Assembly: GCF_964194025.1 (NCBI RefSeq)
Contig: NC_134476.1
Coordinates: 24,924,001 to 24,988,000, forward strand
Source of the DNA: Convolutriloba macropyga
Lineage: Eukaryota
Direction of reading: 5' to 3'
Length of the DNA stretch: 64,000 bases
Shown: positions 34,267 to 48,800 of the stretch, piece by piece
Layout: the number at the start of each line of letters is the position of its first letter
Numbering within the stretch: the first letter of the stretch is position 1
Notes under the pieces: model-generated
What the model saw: the letters and a program-made list of their open reading frames with translations, nothing else
What the model was told of the DNA's origin: nothing
Database searches by the model: none
Translations under genes and position numbers: made by a program

Positions 34267-37055
34267 CTAAAAATGGAAGGGTCACTATGAGGTACTTCAG
34301 TCCACCCTTCATAGGATGAGTAAATGTTATATTTGAAGTTGATATTGTATCCGTTAAACCCTCTTAATGTATCTTCCCCGATAGAAATTTATTGAAATCA
34401 AAATTTGAAGTCTGACTGAACACAGCCTACTTAACTAAAGCGAGCCATTAATCGTCGAAGAAAGTTTCCACTATAGGTATATGACAACATTTTCTCAATT
34501 GCAGCATACAAAGTTTTTGAATTTAACCTCAAATATTTCAGGGCAAGCATTTCTCAAGACAAATTGCATAAAAAATATGCCTACGTGAGAGCTTCCATAG
34601 CAACTCTGATACTGTATTTAACAAACGATACGTACAAAACTTTAATAACTGCTCCCCCTGAAATATTTTTTTTGGAACACACTATTAACTTATCGTCTAT
34701 AAAAATATCGAAACATTAAAGACTTCAGATTCAACTATTTTAAACATAGTTTGCGGATCATTTGAAACCAGTCCGGATTGACCACCTTAACATCCTTCGG
34801 GGTGGAAGAAGAAAAATTGAAAGACGTTTTTCGATGTTCAAAAACGTTCAAATTGGAAGGCAGCTTTCGTTACATTAGATGATTTTTTTGCCAAACTCAG
34901 CTTCCTAATTGAACGCTATGAGGCTTAATACTTATGCCAAATAATATAAACTCATGAAGACCCATGATAGCTTGAAGCACTTTGTTTTATAAGGCGCTTT
35001 GTTTTCTTATGATATCTCGCTTTTGAACTTGACAATATTCACAACAATGAGTAACATGTTTAGTAACATAAAATATGTCGTTAATTCGACAAAGGGACCA
35101 ATAACAAAAAACTAGAAGAACTGCCAAAGGTTAGCAAATTCTTGAAAATAACGAAATCAGCCTTAAATAAAATTAGCTACATACAAGATTAAGCAGAGAA
35201 GAATGTGAAAGAACATACATCACAGGACCTGTCAAAATACGACGAAAAGAAAAAGTAGCAACAAGAGCAAATATGGAACATTCGCAAAACACAGCCGGCA
35301 TATTGCCGGAAAATAGCCGCCGTTAACCCCACTGAATGACGTTGATATTGAAACAGTTTGGAAAAATTGACAGGCTAAAGTGTGAAAAAGTAATATAATT
35401 AGGCTTCATTGGTTTATCCCTTCTTTTGGTTTCGCATTTTGACTTTGACTGTATTTGCGTAAATTTTCTGAATGAATTCTAAATTCCATTCACTGGAAAC
35501 AGTGAATGAGGTAATTTAGAAGTGAAAGTGGTGATTTATGTAATCAAATTTTAAAATAGCAGGACAAATCATGAGCTACGGATTGAAAGAATTTTTAGAC
35601 AAAACAAAAGACCAGACTTAGAATTGATTCCGACAAAAATTTAGGAAACAAACAAAAAACACGAGAAAAAAACAGTACAAAAAAATCAAATTGCCTCAAG
35701 TGAACAAACAAACCGACTTCCGTCGAACCCGCGACCTCGCGGACGAGGGTTGACGCTACAAGGGGTATGTACGTTCATCGCTCACAAGCGGCTTTATTTT
35801 AGGACTTAATTTTTGACTTCACACAACCTCTCTAAAAAATCAAAAAGCCGAGCGTGAAAAAGTGAAATCGAAAGAATGTTCAAGAAGGTCAAGCAAAAAT
35901 TTTGCATAAAAAAGATACACATGTTTACCAAAATTGCTCGAGTTTTAAAATCAATCACACTCTCGTAGAATTAACGCTACTTTAGACTAATTTTTCGGAT
36001 TGGAGACTTAAAAAGTCCAGAATTTCGCGAAATTTAAGAGTTGTCAATATCTTACAACAATTCAACTCTTGCAACGGTCCTCTAAGTCTGGTTAGCCTTC
36101 AACTGTCTTAGAAATACCGCGGATTCTTTTGAAGTTGATCAAAATGTGCTGCAATTTGCTGTCCACTTGATAAGTTTTTGTAAGTTCGAGGTGATATTTC
36201 TGTTATACTTCGCATCACTTTTGTGAGCGAGCGAAATTCAAACAAAGAAATTGCGGCGCATATTTTCAAAATTATGCACGTCTGACTTTTATTAAATCCA
36301 ATCCACAGGCGAGAATAGCCGATATTGGAGAAAGTCTTGGTGCCTTCTCTAGCTTGTAATCTAAGTAAAAATTACAAAGTGACTAAGAAAGCAACATAAT
36401 TGCAACCAAGAATCTTAGGTTTCACTTAAAGACACCGTTCAACTTATTTCACAACTTTTAGTCAAAACAGTTGGACTAAAACTACCTTGTACCCGATTGA
36501 ACTTTTCAAAGTAGCAAAAAGTTTAATTTCAAGCAACATTTGTAACAGTTTGTTCGATACTAAGATAAAAATCGAATATCTAGTAATTAACAGACAGAAG
36601 CCACTCCCAAAACTGCTGCTCAATAAAATAGACAGAAGTTTATGACTACGTGCAAAAATGTTGCCTACATTTTTTCTAAGCCTGTTGATAATCTGCTCGT
36701 TCATTTTTTTGCAAATTGATTAATAGTACCTCGAAGACTGCCCAGCACTTTAGTGAACTTTGTATTCAACCGCAATAATTAGTTTAAACTTTACTCAACT
36801 TTTTTTTACTACAAAGAGGCGCTCGTCTGTCTTGATTATGTACGATGAAAGCTATCAAATAATGGTATAAATCAAAAACGACCGTCTAATTGGAGGGGAC
36901 GAGGGGAGTGAGTACTTATGCATTTGGTTCAGACAATAACAACAGTTAAAAATGAGTTTTATTGATGAAACGTTATTCTTTGTCAAAAACAGTGCTGATA
37001 TCAGTTGCTTTCAAATATCCGAAAGAAAGCACTCTTTTAGAGATAATCGCATAAA

Positions 37056-37167
37056 ATGATTCCAGTTACGATCTTCGTTTTTACCTGTTTCGCTTTTGCT
37101 CACGTGAGCGTTCAAGAAACAATTGTCATCGATAGTGGATCAAGATATGTGAAATCTGGTTTGGCAG
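37056..37167 (+). CDS. Divergent actin-like protein, exon 1 (hydrophobic leader plus phosphate-1 motif)
   Basis: AAAATG with an in-frame TAA 12 nt upstream. Translates MIPVTIFVFTCFAFAHVSVQETIVIDSGSRYVKSGLA (actin LVVDNGSGMCKAGFA). Donor G|GTAAAC, phase 1. Confidence 0.85.
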
Positions 37168-38595
37168 GTAAACTTTTTGAATTATTGTTTCAACTCCCAA
37201 CGAAATGGAGATAGGAACTCTATGCCAGCCTCACCTTTTGTATTACGTCAATTTTGGCTGAATTATATCTTTCGCGGAAAAGAGATAGTTGAGATGCTCT
37301 AGCAAAACTGAATCGATTGCTGAAGATATTTCTTCAATTTACCGTTTCTCGAAAAAAAAATGAGGCTTAGAAGTTTCTCAAATTACAAACCTTTTCACAC
37401 TTCGCATGTACATTTTATGAACATTTTAAATACACTTCAATCACATACAACAAACAAATTGATCAAATAGGTTCTTCCACAGAAAATATATCTTTCATTT
37501 CAAGCGTTTACGGTTGTTAAAACGAGGAGAGGTTCAAAATTCATGAAATAGCTTTCGTGTCATTTTCAACTAATAACAATTTAATGCGCCACAAGCTAGA
37601 TTAATTTTAGCTGTTTCTACTATAAAACTTCATTTAAATTTAACGAAAACAGCTACCGGAGAGTACTGTCTAAGATTACAACATAAATCGAGGAAGTAAT
37701 CGATAAACAATTACTTCAACTTTTTGGTAACACTGAGACTACAATTATTTTCACAACATTTTGATTCCTTGTTTTTTTTCTATGCGTCTTTACTTATTTA
37801 TTATGTTCATTTTTAATTAATTTATTGCGATTACTAGGTTTGATAGATTTAGCTGTTATCGACCTTCTCTTGGTTTTTACAACTCAAAGAAGGTCATATC
37901 TCGATGCCTTCACATTTCTCCCTGACTTAGTTCCAAAGCTGTTCCTAGAGTTCCTCGGAATTCCTTGGTGGTGCAAACTTAAAAATGATAGTGAATTTTG
38001 CTATGTATTTTCAAATTATTTTTTGAAAATTTTTGTTATTTCGGGGGTCAATTATATTTCATTAAAAAATGGGTTAACGATTCCGTTTGTACCCCCCCCC
38101 CCCCCAGTAAGTTATGCGCCCCCCATTTACCGAGAACGTGCCATTGCATAGTAAATCATCATGTACAAATATGGCACGAGGGTCTGGGGGGTGCAAATAA
38201 CATGCGCCCACTAAGCTGGATGGAGGGGGGGGGGGGGCACAAAAGGAAAAGACTCAAATTTTTTAATTATTTTTGCAGCAAAAACAACTCCTTTTTTCAA
38301 ATTTGTTAACATTTTCTATCGTTATTGCCTCTAATTGTCTCCATATCTCCGACCAACTTTTGACTAGCCTCTAACTTAGTTGTTCTGTAAACTTTGGCGA
38401 GAAATCATCGGTTTTGAAGACTTCAGTGTCAGATAGATCAGACAAATTAACAACGTTTGCAATTTTTTGGCAGCATTTTGAAAAGTTCTTTTTGACAATT
38501 TCGATTAGTTTTGTCTTCCTCTCAATTCATGTGGTAAATTACACCTTTCTAAGCTCGGAATTGGGCTCTTGCGTAGATAAAAGTCTTTCAATGCT

Positions 38596-41500
38596 AGTGT
38601 ATCCTACCTCCGTTTATCTCTTATATGTCCAGTCAGATTTTTTCAGATGCTAACTTAAAAGTTCTACGTTTTGCGCGACTTAGACCTCTAAAAATTTAGG
38701 TAGACAACACCCTAATATGCTCTTCGGCCTTAGTTAAGCATACAAAAACAAGTTTTCAACAATATTTGTAATTTTGAGAGTCGCACTAATGGTAGCAAAT
38801 AAAGCTCTATATATACATTACAATTCGCACCATGGGCACACAAGTTATGGTCAAAAACGGGAAATCCCTTACCATAAATAATATTGAATTGAAAGTCAAC
38901 AACTTTTGACTTCTTCAATAAAATCAACAAAAATAAAGCGCATCAAGGAAAATAGGTTGAGGGAATGGAAATCAGGAAATGAAAGGGTTTGGGAGGACGG
39001 AAATGTATTTGGGGGGAAGAAAATGTTTGCAAAGCTATTTAATGTTCAATTGAACAGCTCGAAGAGTCTTTAGTATTCATTATTCATTCAGTTCTTTGGT
39101 TTGTATTTCAGGACTCTAATGATGTTTTTATATTTCATCGTCAATCATTTTGTTCTGACATCTCGTTTCGAATCAGCTTTTCTGCATTCATTCCTGCTAT
39201 TAACTGAATAAATTGTGGGTCTGCCGCCTTATTTATACTTATTGTTTATTCATTCGCGTGAATATAGCTTATTGATGGCACACGACTTAGCTCACTCTCA
39301 AAATAATATGTCATTTCTCCAAAAATGAGTTTGCTAGTTGAACTTAATAGACAGTTAGGTTAGTTGAGGATAATATCTTAACCTAATTGAAGCCTAATTG
39401 AGGGTAAAATTAGAGCAGATGATTGTGACAGATTTTAGACATGGTCGAAATTCTAACAAATCTTCACTTCCAATTTTTAGGTCTTTCTTTTGAGACTACA
39501 GCCTTGAAGGCCAAAGCAGCAATATTATCAATCTGTCAGCTCTGTTCTTTTATTCGTTCATCTTCATTTTAATTAGTTTCCATTTAGTGAAGAGAGTTTT
39601 TCTGGTATAATTGGTAACAAAGAACAATTCGAGATAGAATACCAACAAATTGAAAGCTGCTGTCTATTTTTTAAAAAAAATATAACAACCAAAATCATTA
39701 GGTAGACCGTCAAACTATTATAGAACAACTCGCCCAAATCCCAGCGCCAGCCCCACTTTTTCTTATAAACAAAAAGTGTTCAAATTTCGTAGCTTCAAAA
39801 AAGGAAAACTCAGCCTCTAAATAGGACAATAAGCTGAAAATCAATAACAGTTAGCAGTGTACTCTCGGGATCTCTGATAATATACCGCACTAAGACAAGT
39901 CTCCACAGACATATGTCTAAGCCCGGCTTCCTTGTTTTGACATTGCTTATTGACAATTACCGCAATTGAAACATTGAGTAAGGTAACTCAATAACTAATT
40001 GACCCTAAGTGTATCCTACCTCCGTTTATCTCTTATATGTCCAGTCAGATTTTTTCAGATGCTTACTTAAAAGTTCTACGTTTTGCGCGACTTAGACCTC
40101 TAAAAATTTAGGTAGACAACACCCTAATATTTATGCTCTTCGGCCTTAGTTAAGCATACAAAAACAAGTTTTCAACAATATTTGTATTTTTGAGAGTCGC
40201 ACTAATGGTAGCAAATAAAGCTCTATATATACATTACAATTCGCACCATGGGCACACAAGTTATGGTTAAAAACGGGAAATCCCTTACCATAAATAATAT
40301 TGAATTGAAAGTCAACAACTTTTGACTTCTTCAATAAAATCAACAAAAATAAAGCGCATCAAGGAAAATAGGTTGAGGGAATGGAAATCAGGAAATGAAA
40401 GGGTTTGGGAGGACGGAAATGTATTTGGGGGGAAGAAAATGTTTGCAAAGCTATTTAATGTTCAATTGAACAGCTCGAAGAGTCTTTAGTATTCATTATT
40501 CATTCAGTTCTTTGGTTTGTATTTCAGGACTCTAATGATGTTTTTATATTTCATCGTCAATCATTTTGTTCTGACATCTCGTTTCGAATCAGCTTTTCTG
40601 CATTCATTCCTGCTATTAACTGAATAAATTGTGGGTCTGCCGCCTTATTTATACTTATTGTTTATTCATTCGCGTGAATATAGCTTATTGATGGCACACG
40701 ACTTAGCTCACTCTCAAAATGATATGTCATTTCTCCAAAAATGAGTTTGCTAGTTGAACTTAATTGACAGTTAGGTTAGTTGAGGATAATATCTTAACCT
40801 AATTGAGGGTAAAATTAGAGCAGATGAGTGTGGCAGATTTTAGACATGGTCAAAATTCTAACAAATCTTCTTTTCCAATTTTTAGGTCTTTCTTTTGAGA
40901 CTACAGCCTTGAAGGCCAAAGCAGCAATTTTATCAATCTGTCAGCTCTGTTCTTTTATTCGTTCATCTTGATTTTATTTAGTTTCCATTTAGTGAAGAGA
41001 GTTTTTGTGGTATAATTGGTAACAAAGAACAATTCGAGATAGAATACCAACAAATTGAAAGCTCCTGTCTATTTTTTAAAAAAATATAACAACCAAAATC
41101 ATTAGGTAGACCGTCAAACTATTAGAGAACAACTCGCCCAAATCCCAGCGCCAGCCCCACTTTTTCTTATAAACAAAAAGTGTTCACAATTCGTAGCTTA
41201 AAAAAGGAAAACTTAGCCTCTAAATAGGACAATAAGCTGAAAACCAATAACAGTTAGCAGTGTACTCTCGGGATCTCTGATAATATACCGCACTAAGACA
41301 AGTCTCCACAGACATTATGTCTAAGCCCGGCTTCATTGTTTTGACATCGCTTTTTGACAATTACCGCAATTGAAACATTGAGTAAGGTAACTCAATAATT
41401 AATTGATCCTAAGTGTATCCTACCTCCGTTTATCTCTTATAAGTCCAGTCAAGATTTTTTCAGATGCTTACTTAAAAGTTCTACGTTTTGCGCGACTTAG

Positions 41501-42820
41501 ACCTCTAAAAATTTAGGTAGACAACACCCTAATATTTATGCTCTTCGGCCTTAGTTAAGCATACAAAAACAAGTTTTCAACAATATTTGTATTTTTGAGA
41601 GTCGCACTAATGGTAGCAAATAAAGCTCTATATATACATTACAATTCGCACCATGGGCACACAAGTTATGGTCAAAAACGGGAAATCCCTTACCATAAAT
41701 AATACTGAATTGAAAGTCAACAACTTTTGACTTCTTCAATAAAATCAACAAAAATAAAGCGCATCAAGGAAAATAGGTTGAGGGAATGGAAATCAGGAAA
41801 TGAAAGGGTTTGGGAGGACGGAAATGTATTTGGGGGGAAGAAAATGTTTGCAAAGCTATTTAATGTTCAATTGAACAGCTCGAAGAGTCTTTAGTATTCA
41901 TTATTCATTCAGTTCTTTGGTTTGTATTTCAGGACTCTTATGATGTTTTTATATTTCATCGTCAATCATTTTGTTCTGACATCTCGTTTCGAATCAGCTT
42001 TTCCGCATTCATTCCCGCTATTAACTGAATAAATTGTGGTTCTGCCGCCTTATTTATACTTATTGTTTATTCATTCGCGTGAATATAGCTTATTGATGGC
42101 ACACGACTTAGGTCACTCTCAAAATATTATGTCATTTCTCCAAAAATGAGTTTGCTAGTTGAACTTAATTGACAGTTAGGTTAGTTAAGGATAATATCTT
42201 AACCTAATTGAAGCCTAATTGAGGGTAAAATTAGAGCAGATGAGTGTGACAGATTTTAGACATGGTCGAAATTCTATCAAATCTTCACTTCCAATTTTTA
42301 GGTCTTTCTTTTGAGACTACAGCCTTGAAGGCCAAAGCAGCAATTTTATCAATCTGTCAGCTCTGTTCTTACATTCGTTCATCTTCATTTTATTTAGTTT
42401 CCATTTAGTGAAGAGAGTTTTTATGGTATAATTGGTAACAAAGAACAATTCGAGATAGAATACCAACAAATTGAAAGCTGCTGTCTATTTTTTTAAAAAA
42501 ATATATCAACCAAAATCATTAGGTAGACCGTCAAACTATTATAGAACAACTCGCCCAAATCCCAGCGCCAGCCCCACTTTTTCTTATAAACAAAAGTGTT
42601 CAAATTTCGTAGCTTCAAAAAAAGGAAAACTCAGCCTCTAAATAGGACAATCAGCTGAAAGCCAAAAACAGTTAGCAGTGTACTCTCGGGATCTCTGATA
42701 ATATACCGCACTAAGACAAGTCTCCACAGACATTATGTCTAAGCCCGGCTTCATTGTTTTGACATCGCTTTTTGACAATTACCGCAATTGAAACATTGAG
42801 TAAGGTAACTCAATAATTAA
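38596..42820. repeat. Tandem array, three ~1.41-kb units
   Basis: agtgtatcctacctccg recurs at 38596, 40008 and 41412; the units are nearly identical. Confidence 0.95.
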
Positions 42821-45800
42821 AGGTGAAAATCGTGATCTAAGTAAAAAAAACTGATCGAAAACTAAAAAGAAAAAAGCATGCCATAAAGTATTGTATTGAT
42901 ACAATCCGAACAGTTGAATGAAAAAACGAAAATATTGTGCCCAAGTAGCAGACTAAATGACAATCACAGCAGCCAAACAGACAAACGTAGCTTCACAGAA
43001 TCAGAAAAAATAGCATTCCAAGTGTAAATACTTTTATGATCAGTGTGTTAAAACATAAAATTCCCTTGAGTATCTGGGTCCAAAATTTAGAGACAATACT
43101 GATTTAAAAAATTATTGTATGGACAGCACCATGCCAAAAAAGTTACCTAATTCTTCAGCTCCAAAAACATGGAAGTATGAAAATATTCCAAAAACTTCAA
43201 ACAAGAAAATCACAGCGAATTTGTTTTCCTCTTCATACTTATGAATGCCAAACCAAGTTTTCATACTCAATTTCATATAATAAGTAACCTGCATGCTAGC
43301 AGAAAACTTGCTGCACATACAGGGGCAAACAGAAAAGAGAAATAAAAATTGGAAATAGCCAAGAGTACAAGAAATTTGCATATGTTCGCTATGTCCGCAA
43401 AATCAAAAATTCAGCCACTAAAACATACATTGAAAAGTTTCATTGCACCCAACAAAAAAAAAACAAATTTCATAAAACTATGAAAAGGTTTTGATCATAA
43501 TTTTATGAAAATCTGATAAGTCATATTTCTCTGACACCAGACACTATCCAGTAACCAATCTTCCAGCTCTAAGTTCCAAATTGCCACAGTTAATAAGAAA
43601 CCGTTCAAAAATTAATTCACCGGCTCGAGATACAACCCAGTAACACGCCCACAAGTCCCAAAAAGTTATTGCCTCCTAAGGATCAAAAATCTAAATTAAA
43701 AAAGAGCAAAGTATGCAAAAGACCTCAAAATTGGCAAAAATCACTATCATTTTAGGTGTTTAAGTTTGCATTAAGTTTGTGATTAAGTTTATTCATTTTG
43801 ACTTTGTGTTTAAGTCTAAACAATTTAAGTCTTTAAGTTTGTATTAAAACAACATAAAGCACGAAAAAGGGACATAAAAACAGATTATAGATTCCAAAAG
43901 ACCTTAATAAACATCGAAAAGCGTTAAATTAATATCCAACTAATCAAATTCCAGAAAATGTCAAAGACGATGAAAAATTGAACTTTTTGGGCTCAGAACC
44001 ATGTGACCTTTTCATCTTGAAATCAGCCTACCCAGCAGTTTAAGCACTCTAGGCACTTGAATTAAACTACTAAAGCCAGCTCAAGTTTTCCAGCGAAACA
44101 ATGCTCAATGGGCGTTACCTGTTATTCCGTTTTGAGAGCTCTTAAGTCAAGAACTTTTGAAAACAGAAAACAAAAGAAACCCGTAATTTTTGTTCCTTTG
44201 ATTATAGCCTGATCAGAATCAACATTTTAACCTGCCTTCTCCTTGATATCAAATTTTGACATCTCGCTTCAAATCAGCTGCTCTGCGTTCATAGTTTAAT
44301 TGATTGGTTAAATTCCGGGTCTGACGCCGTTTTTACACTTATTAGAGCGAGTTGTTTATTCATTCGCGTGAACTCACCAAAAAAAAGTCATTTCTCTAAA
44401 ACTGACTTGCCAGTTGAACTAAATTGTCGGTAGGGTCAGTTCAGGATAAAATCTTATCCTAAATGAAGCCAAATTGAGGCTCAATTTAGAGCACATGTGT
44501 GACAAATTATAGACATAGCCAGAATTCTATCAAATCTTCCGTTCCCGTTTTTTTAGGTCTTTATTTCGAGCCAGAAGTCTATCAAATTTTCCGTTCCCGC
44601 TTTTTAGGTCTTCCTTTTGAGACTAAAGCCTCGGAAGCTAAAGCAGCAATTTTCAATCTGCCAGCTATTTTCATTTACTTGTTTATCTTCATTTTATCTA
44701 TTTTCCATTCAGTGAAAAAAAATGTTAAGAACAGTTCGAGATAAAATACTAACAATTTGAAAATTTCTGTCGATTTCAAAAAAAAACAATCACGACCAAA
44801 ATAATTAGGTCGACCGTCCAATTTTCATAGAGCAATTCGTTAAAAATCACAACGGCAGCGAAAATTTCTCGAAGTGAAAAAAAATTTCTAATTTTGTAGC
44901 ATCAAAAAATGGCAAACTCAGCCTCTAAATAGAAGAATAAGCTGAAAACTAATAACAGTTAGCAGTGTACTCTCAGGAGTTCTGATAATTTACCGCACTA
45001 AGACAAGTGTTCACAAACAATATCTCTTAGATCCCGAGCTTCATTGTTTTCACATCGCTTTTTGACAATTAGCGCATTTTCGCAAATCTGTTGAACACAT
45101 TGAGTAAAGTAACTCAATATAATCAACGGTGAAAATCGCGATCTAAGTAAAAAAAAACTGATCGAAAACTAAAAAGAAAAAAGCATACCATAAAGTATTG
45201 TATTGATACAATCCGAACAGTTGAATGAAAAACTGAAAACATTGTGCCCAAGCAGCAGACCAAATGACAATCACAGCAGCCAAACAGACAATCATAGCTT
45301 CACAGAATCAGAAAAAAAAGCATTATCAAATAAGCACTTCAAATAAGAATATCATTGCCAAATTGTTTTCTTCAAATTTATGAATGCCAAACCCAGTTTT
45401 TCTTACTCAATTTTATATAACTACTAACTTGCATGCTAGCAGAAAACTTGAGTCACATACAGAGTCAAACAGAAAAGAAATAAAAAGTTGGAAATAACCA
45501 AGAGTATAAGAAATTTGCATATGTTCGCTATGTCCGTGAAACCAGGAGTTCAACCACTAAAACGCGTATTGATAAATACAATTGCCCCCGACAAAGTGAA
45601 AAAACCAATTCCATAAAAATATGAAAAGGTATGAAAAATTCTGATAAGATCGTATTTCTCTGAAGCTAAAAAATATCCAGTAACCAATCTTCCAGCTCTA
45701 AAGTTCCCAACTGCCACAGTTCATAATAGGAAACAGTTCCAAATTAATTCATCGGCTCTCGATACAACCCAGTAACACACCCACAAGTCCAAAAAAGTTT

Positions 45801-48800
45801 AGTGCCTCCTAATAATTGAAAAATCTAAATTAAAAAAAAAGTGAAAGTATGCAAAAGACCTCAAAATTGGCAAAAATCACTATCATTTTAGAGGTGTTTA
45901 AGTTTGCATTAAGTTTGTGATTAAGTTTATTCATTTTGACTGTGTTTAAGTCTAAACAATTTAAGTGTTTAAGTTTGTATTAAAACAACATAAAGCACGA
46001 AAAAAGGACATAAAAAAATTATAGCTTCCAAAAGACCTTAAAAAAATTTGAAAAGCGTTAAATTAATATCCAACTAACCAAATTCCAGAAATTGTCAAGG
46101 ATCATGAGAAATTGAACCTTTCGTGCTCAAGGTAACCTTTTCATCTTGAAATAAGCCTACCCAGCAGCTTCAGCACTCTAGGCACTTGAAATAAACTACT
46201 AAAGCCAGCTCAGGGCTTCCAGCGAAACTCAAAGCCCACTGGGCGTTACCTTTTCATTACGTTTTGAGAGCTCTAAGTCATAAAACTTTTGAAAACAAAA
46301 AACAAGAGAAACCCATAGTTTTCGTTCCTTTCATTATAGCCTGATCATTTTCATTATAGCCTGATCAGAGTCAACATTCTAATCTGCCTTCTCGCTGATA
46401 TCAAACTTTTCCATCTCGCTTCAAATCAGCTTTTCTGCGTTCATTGTGTAATTCATTGGTTAAATTGCGGGTCTGACGCCATTTTTACACTTATTAGAGC
46501 GAGTTGTTTATTCATTTGCGTAAACTCACAGAAAAAATTCATTTCTTTAAAACAAAATTTTGCCAGTTGAACTAAATTGTCGGTTAGGTCAGTTCAGGAT
46601 CAAATCTTAACTTAATTGAAGCCAAATAGGGGGCAAAATTTAGAGCACATGTGTAATAGATTATAGACAAAGCCAGAAATCTATCATATTTTCCGTTCCC
46701 ATTTTTTGGTCTTCGTTTCGAGACTACAGCCTCGGAAGCTAAAGCAGCAATTTTCTCTCAATCTGCCAGCTATTTTCATTTAACTCGTTAACTTTCATTT
46801 TCTGTTTTCTATTCAGTGAACAATGTTTTTGTGGTATAATTGGCAACAAAGAACAATTCGAGATATAATACCAACTATTTGAAAACTTATGTCTAATTTG
46901 AAAAAACATTAGCGACCAAAATCATTAGTTTGACCGTTATAGAGCAGTTCTGAAAACTCAAAACGACAGCCAAAATTTTATAGAGCAGTTCTGAAAACTC
47001 AAAACGACAGCCAAAATTTTTCTAAGTGACAAAAAAGTTCTAATTTCGTAGCTTCAAAAAATGGCAAATTCAGCCTCTAAATAGAAGAATAAGCTGAAAA
47101 CCAATAACAGTTAGCAGTGTATTCTCAGGAGTTCTGATAATTTACCGCACTAAGACAAGTGTTCACAAACATTATCTCATAGATCCCGAGCTTCATTGTT
47201 TTCACATCGCTTTTTGAGAATTACCGCATTTTCGCAAATCTGTTGAATCAATGATAGCTTCTGGTCAGTTGAAACATTGAGTGAGGTAACTCAAAAATCA
47301 AAGGTGAGAATCTTGATCTGAACAAATAAACTAATCGAAAAATAAACAGAAAAAAGCATACCATAAAGTATTGTATTGAGATACAATCCGAAGTTGAAAG
47401 AAAAATCGAAAATATTGTGCCCAAGCAAAAGACCAAATGACAATCACAGCAGCCAAACAGACAATCATAGCTTCACAGAATCAGAAAAAAGCATTATCAA
47501 ATAAGCACTTCAAATAAGAATATCATTGCGAAATTGTTTTCTTCAAATTTATGAATGCCAAACCCAGTTTCTCTTACTCAATTTTATATAACTACTAACT
47601 TGCATGCTAGCAGAAAACTTGAGTCACATACAGAGTCAAACAGAAAAGAAATAAAAAGTTGGAAATAACCAAGAGTATAAGAAATTTGCATATGTTCGCT
47701 ATGTCCGTGAAACCAGGAATTCAACCACTAAAACGCGTATTGATAAATACAATTGCCCCCGACAAAGTGAAAAAACCAATTCCATAAAAATATGAAAAGG
47801 TTTGAAAAATTCTGATAAGATCGTATTTCTCTGAAGCTAAACAATATCCAGTAACCAATCTTCCAGCTCTAAAGTTCCCAATTGCCACAGTTCATAATAG
47901 GAAACAGTTCCAAATTAATTCATCGGTTCTCGATACAACGCAGTAACACACCCACAAGTCCAAAAAAGTTTACTGCCTCCTAAGAATCGAAAAATCTAAA
48001 TTAAAAAAAAGAGAAAGTATGCAAAAGACCTCAAAATTGGCAAAAATCACTATCATTTTAGGTGTTTAAGTTTGCATTAAGTTTGTGATTAAGTTTATTC
48101 ATTTTGACTTTGTATTTAAGTCTAAACAATTTAAGTGTTTAAGTTTGTATTAAAACAACATAAAGCACGAAAAAGGGACATAAAGAAATTATAGCTTCCA
48201 AAAGACCTTAAAAAAATTTGAAAAGCGTTAAATTAATATCCAACTAACCAAATTCCAAAAATTGTCAAGGAACATGAGAATTTGAACCTTTCGTGCTCAA
48301 GGTAACCTTTTCATCTTGAAATCAACTTGAAAAAAACTACTAAAGCCAGCTCAGGGCTTCCAGCGAAACTCAAAGCCCACTGGGCGTTACCTTTTCATTA
48401 CGTTTTGAGAGCTCTAAGTCATAAAACTTTTGAAAACAAAAAACAAGAGAAACCCATAGTTTTCGTTCCTTTCATTATAGCCTGATCAGAGTCAACATTC
48501 TAATCTGCCTTCTCGCTGATATCAAACTTTGCCATCTCGCTTCAAATCAGCTTTTCTGCGTTCATTGTGTAATTCATTGGTTAAATTGCGGGTCTGACGC
48601 CATTTTTACACTTATTAGAGCGAGTTGTTTATTCATTTGCGTAAACTCACAGAAAAAATTCATTTCTTTAAAACAAAATTTTGCCAGTTGAACTAAATTG
48701 TCGGTTAGGTCAGTTCAGGATCAAATCTTAACCTAATTGAAGCCAAATAGGGGGCAAAATTTAGAGCACATGTGTAATAGATTATAGACAAAGCCAGAAA

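Noticed and set aside
38730-41751. Three near-identical 66-aa minus-strand ORFs
   Set aside because: They are by-products of the 1.41-kb tandem unit, with non-ATG starts, no recognisable motif and no splice context.
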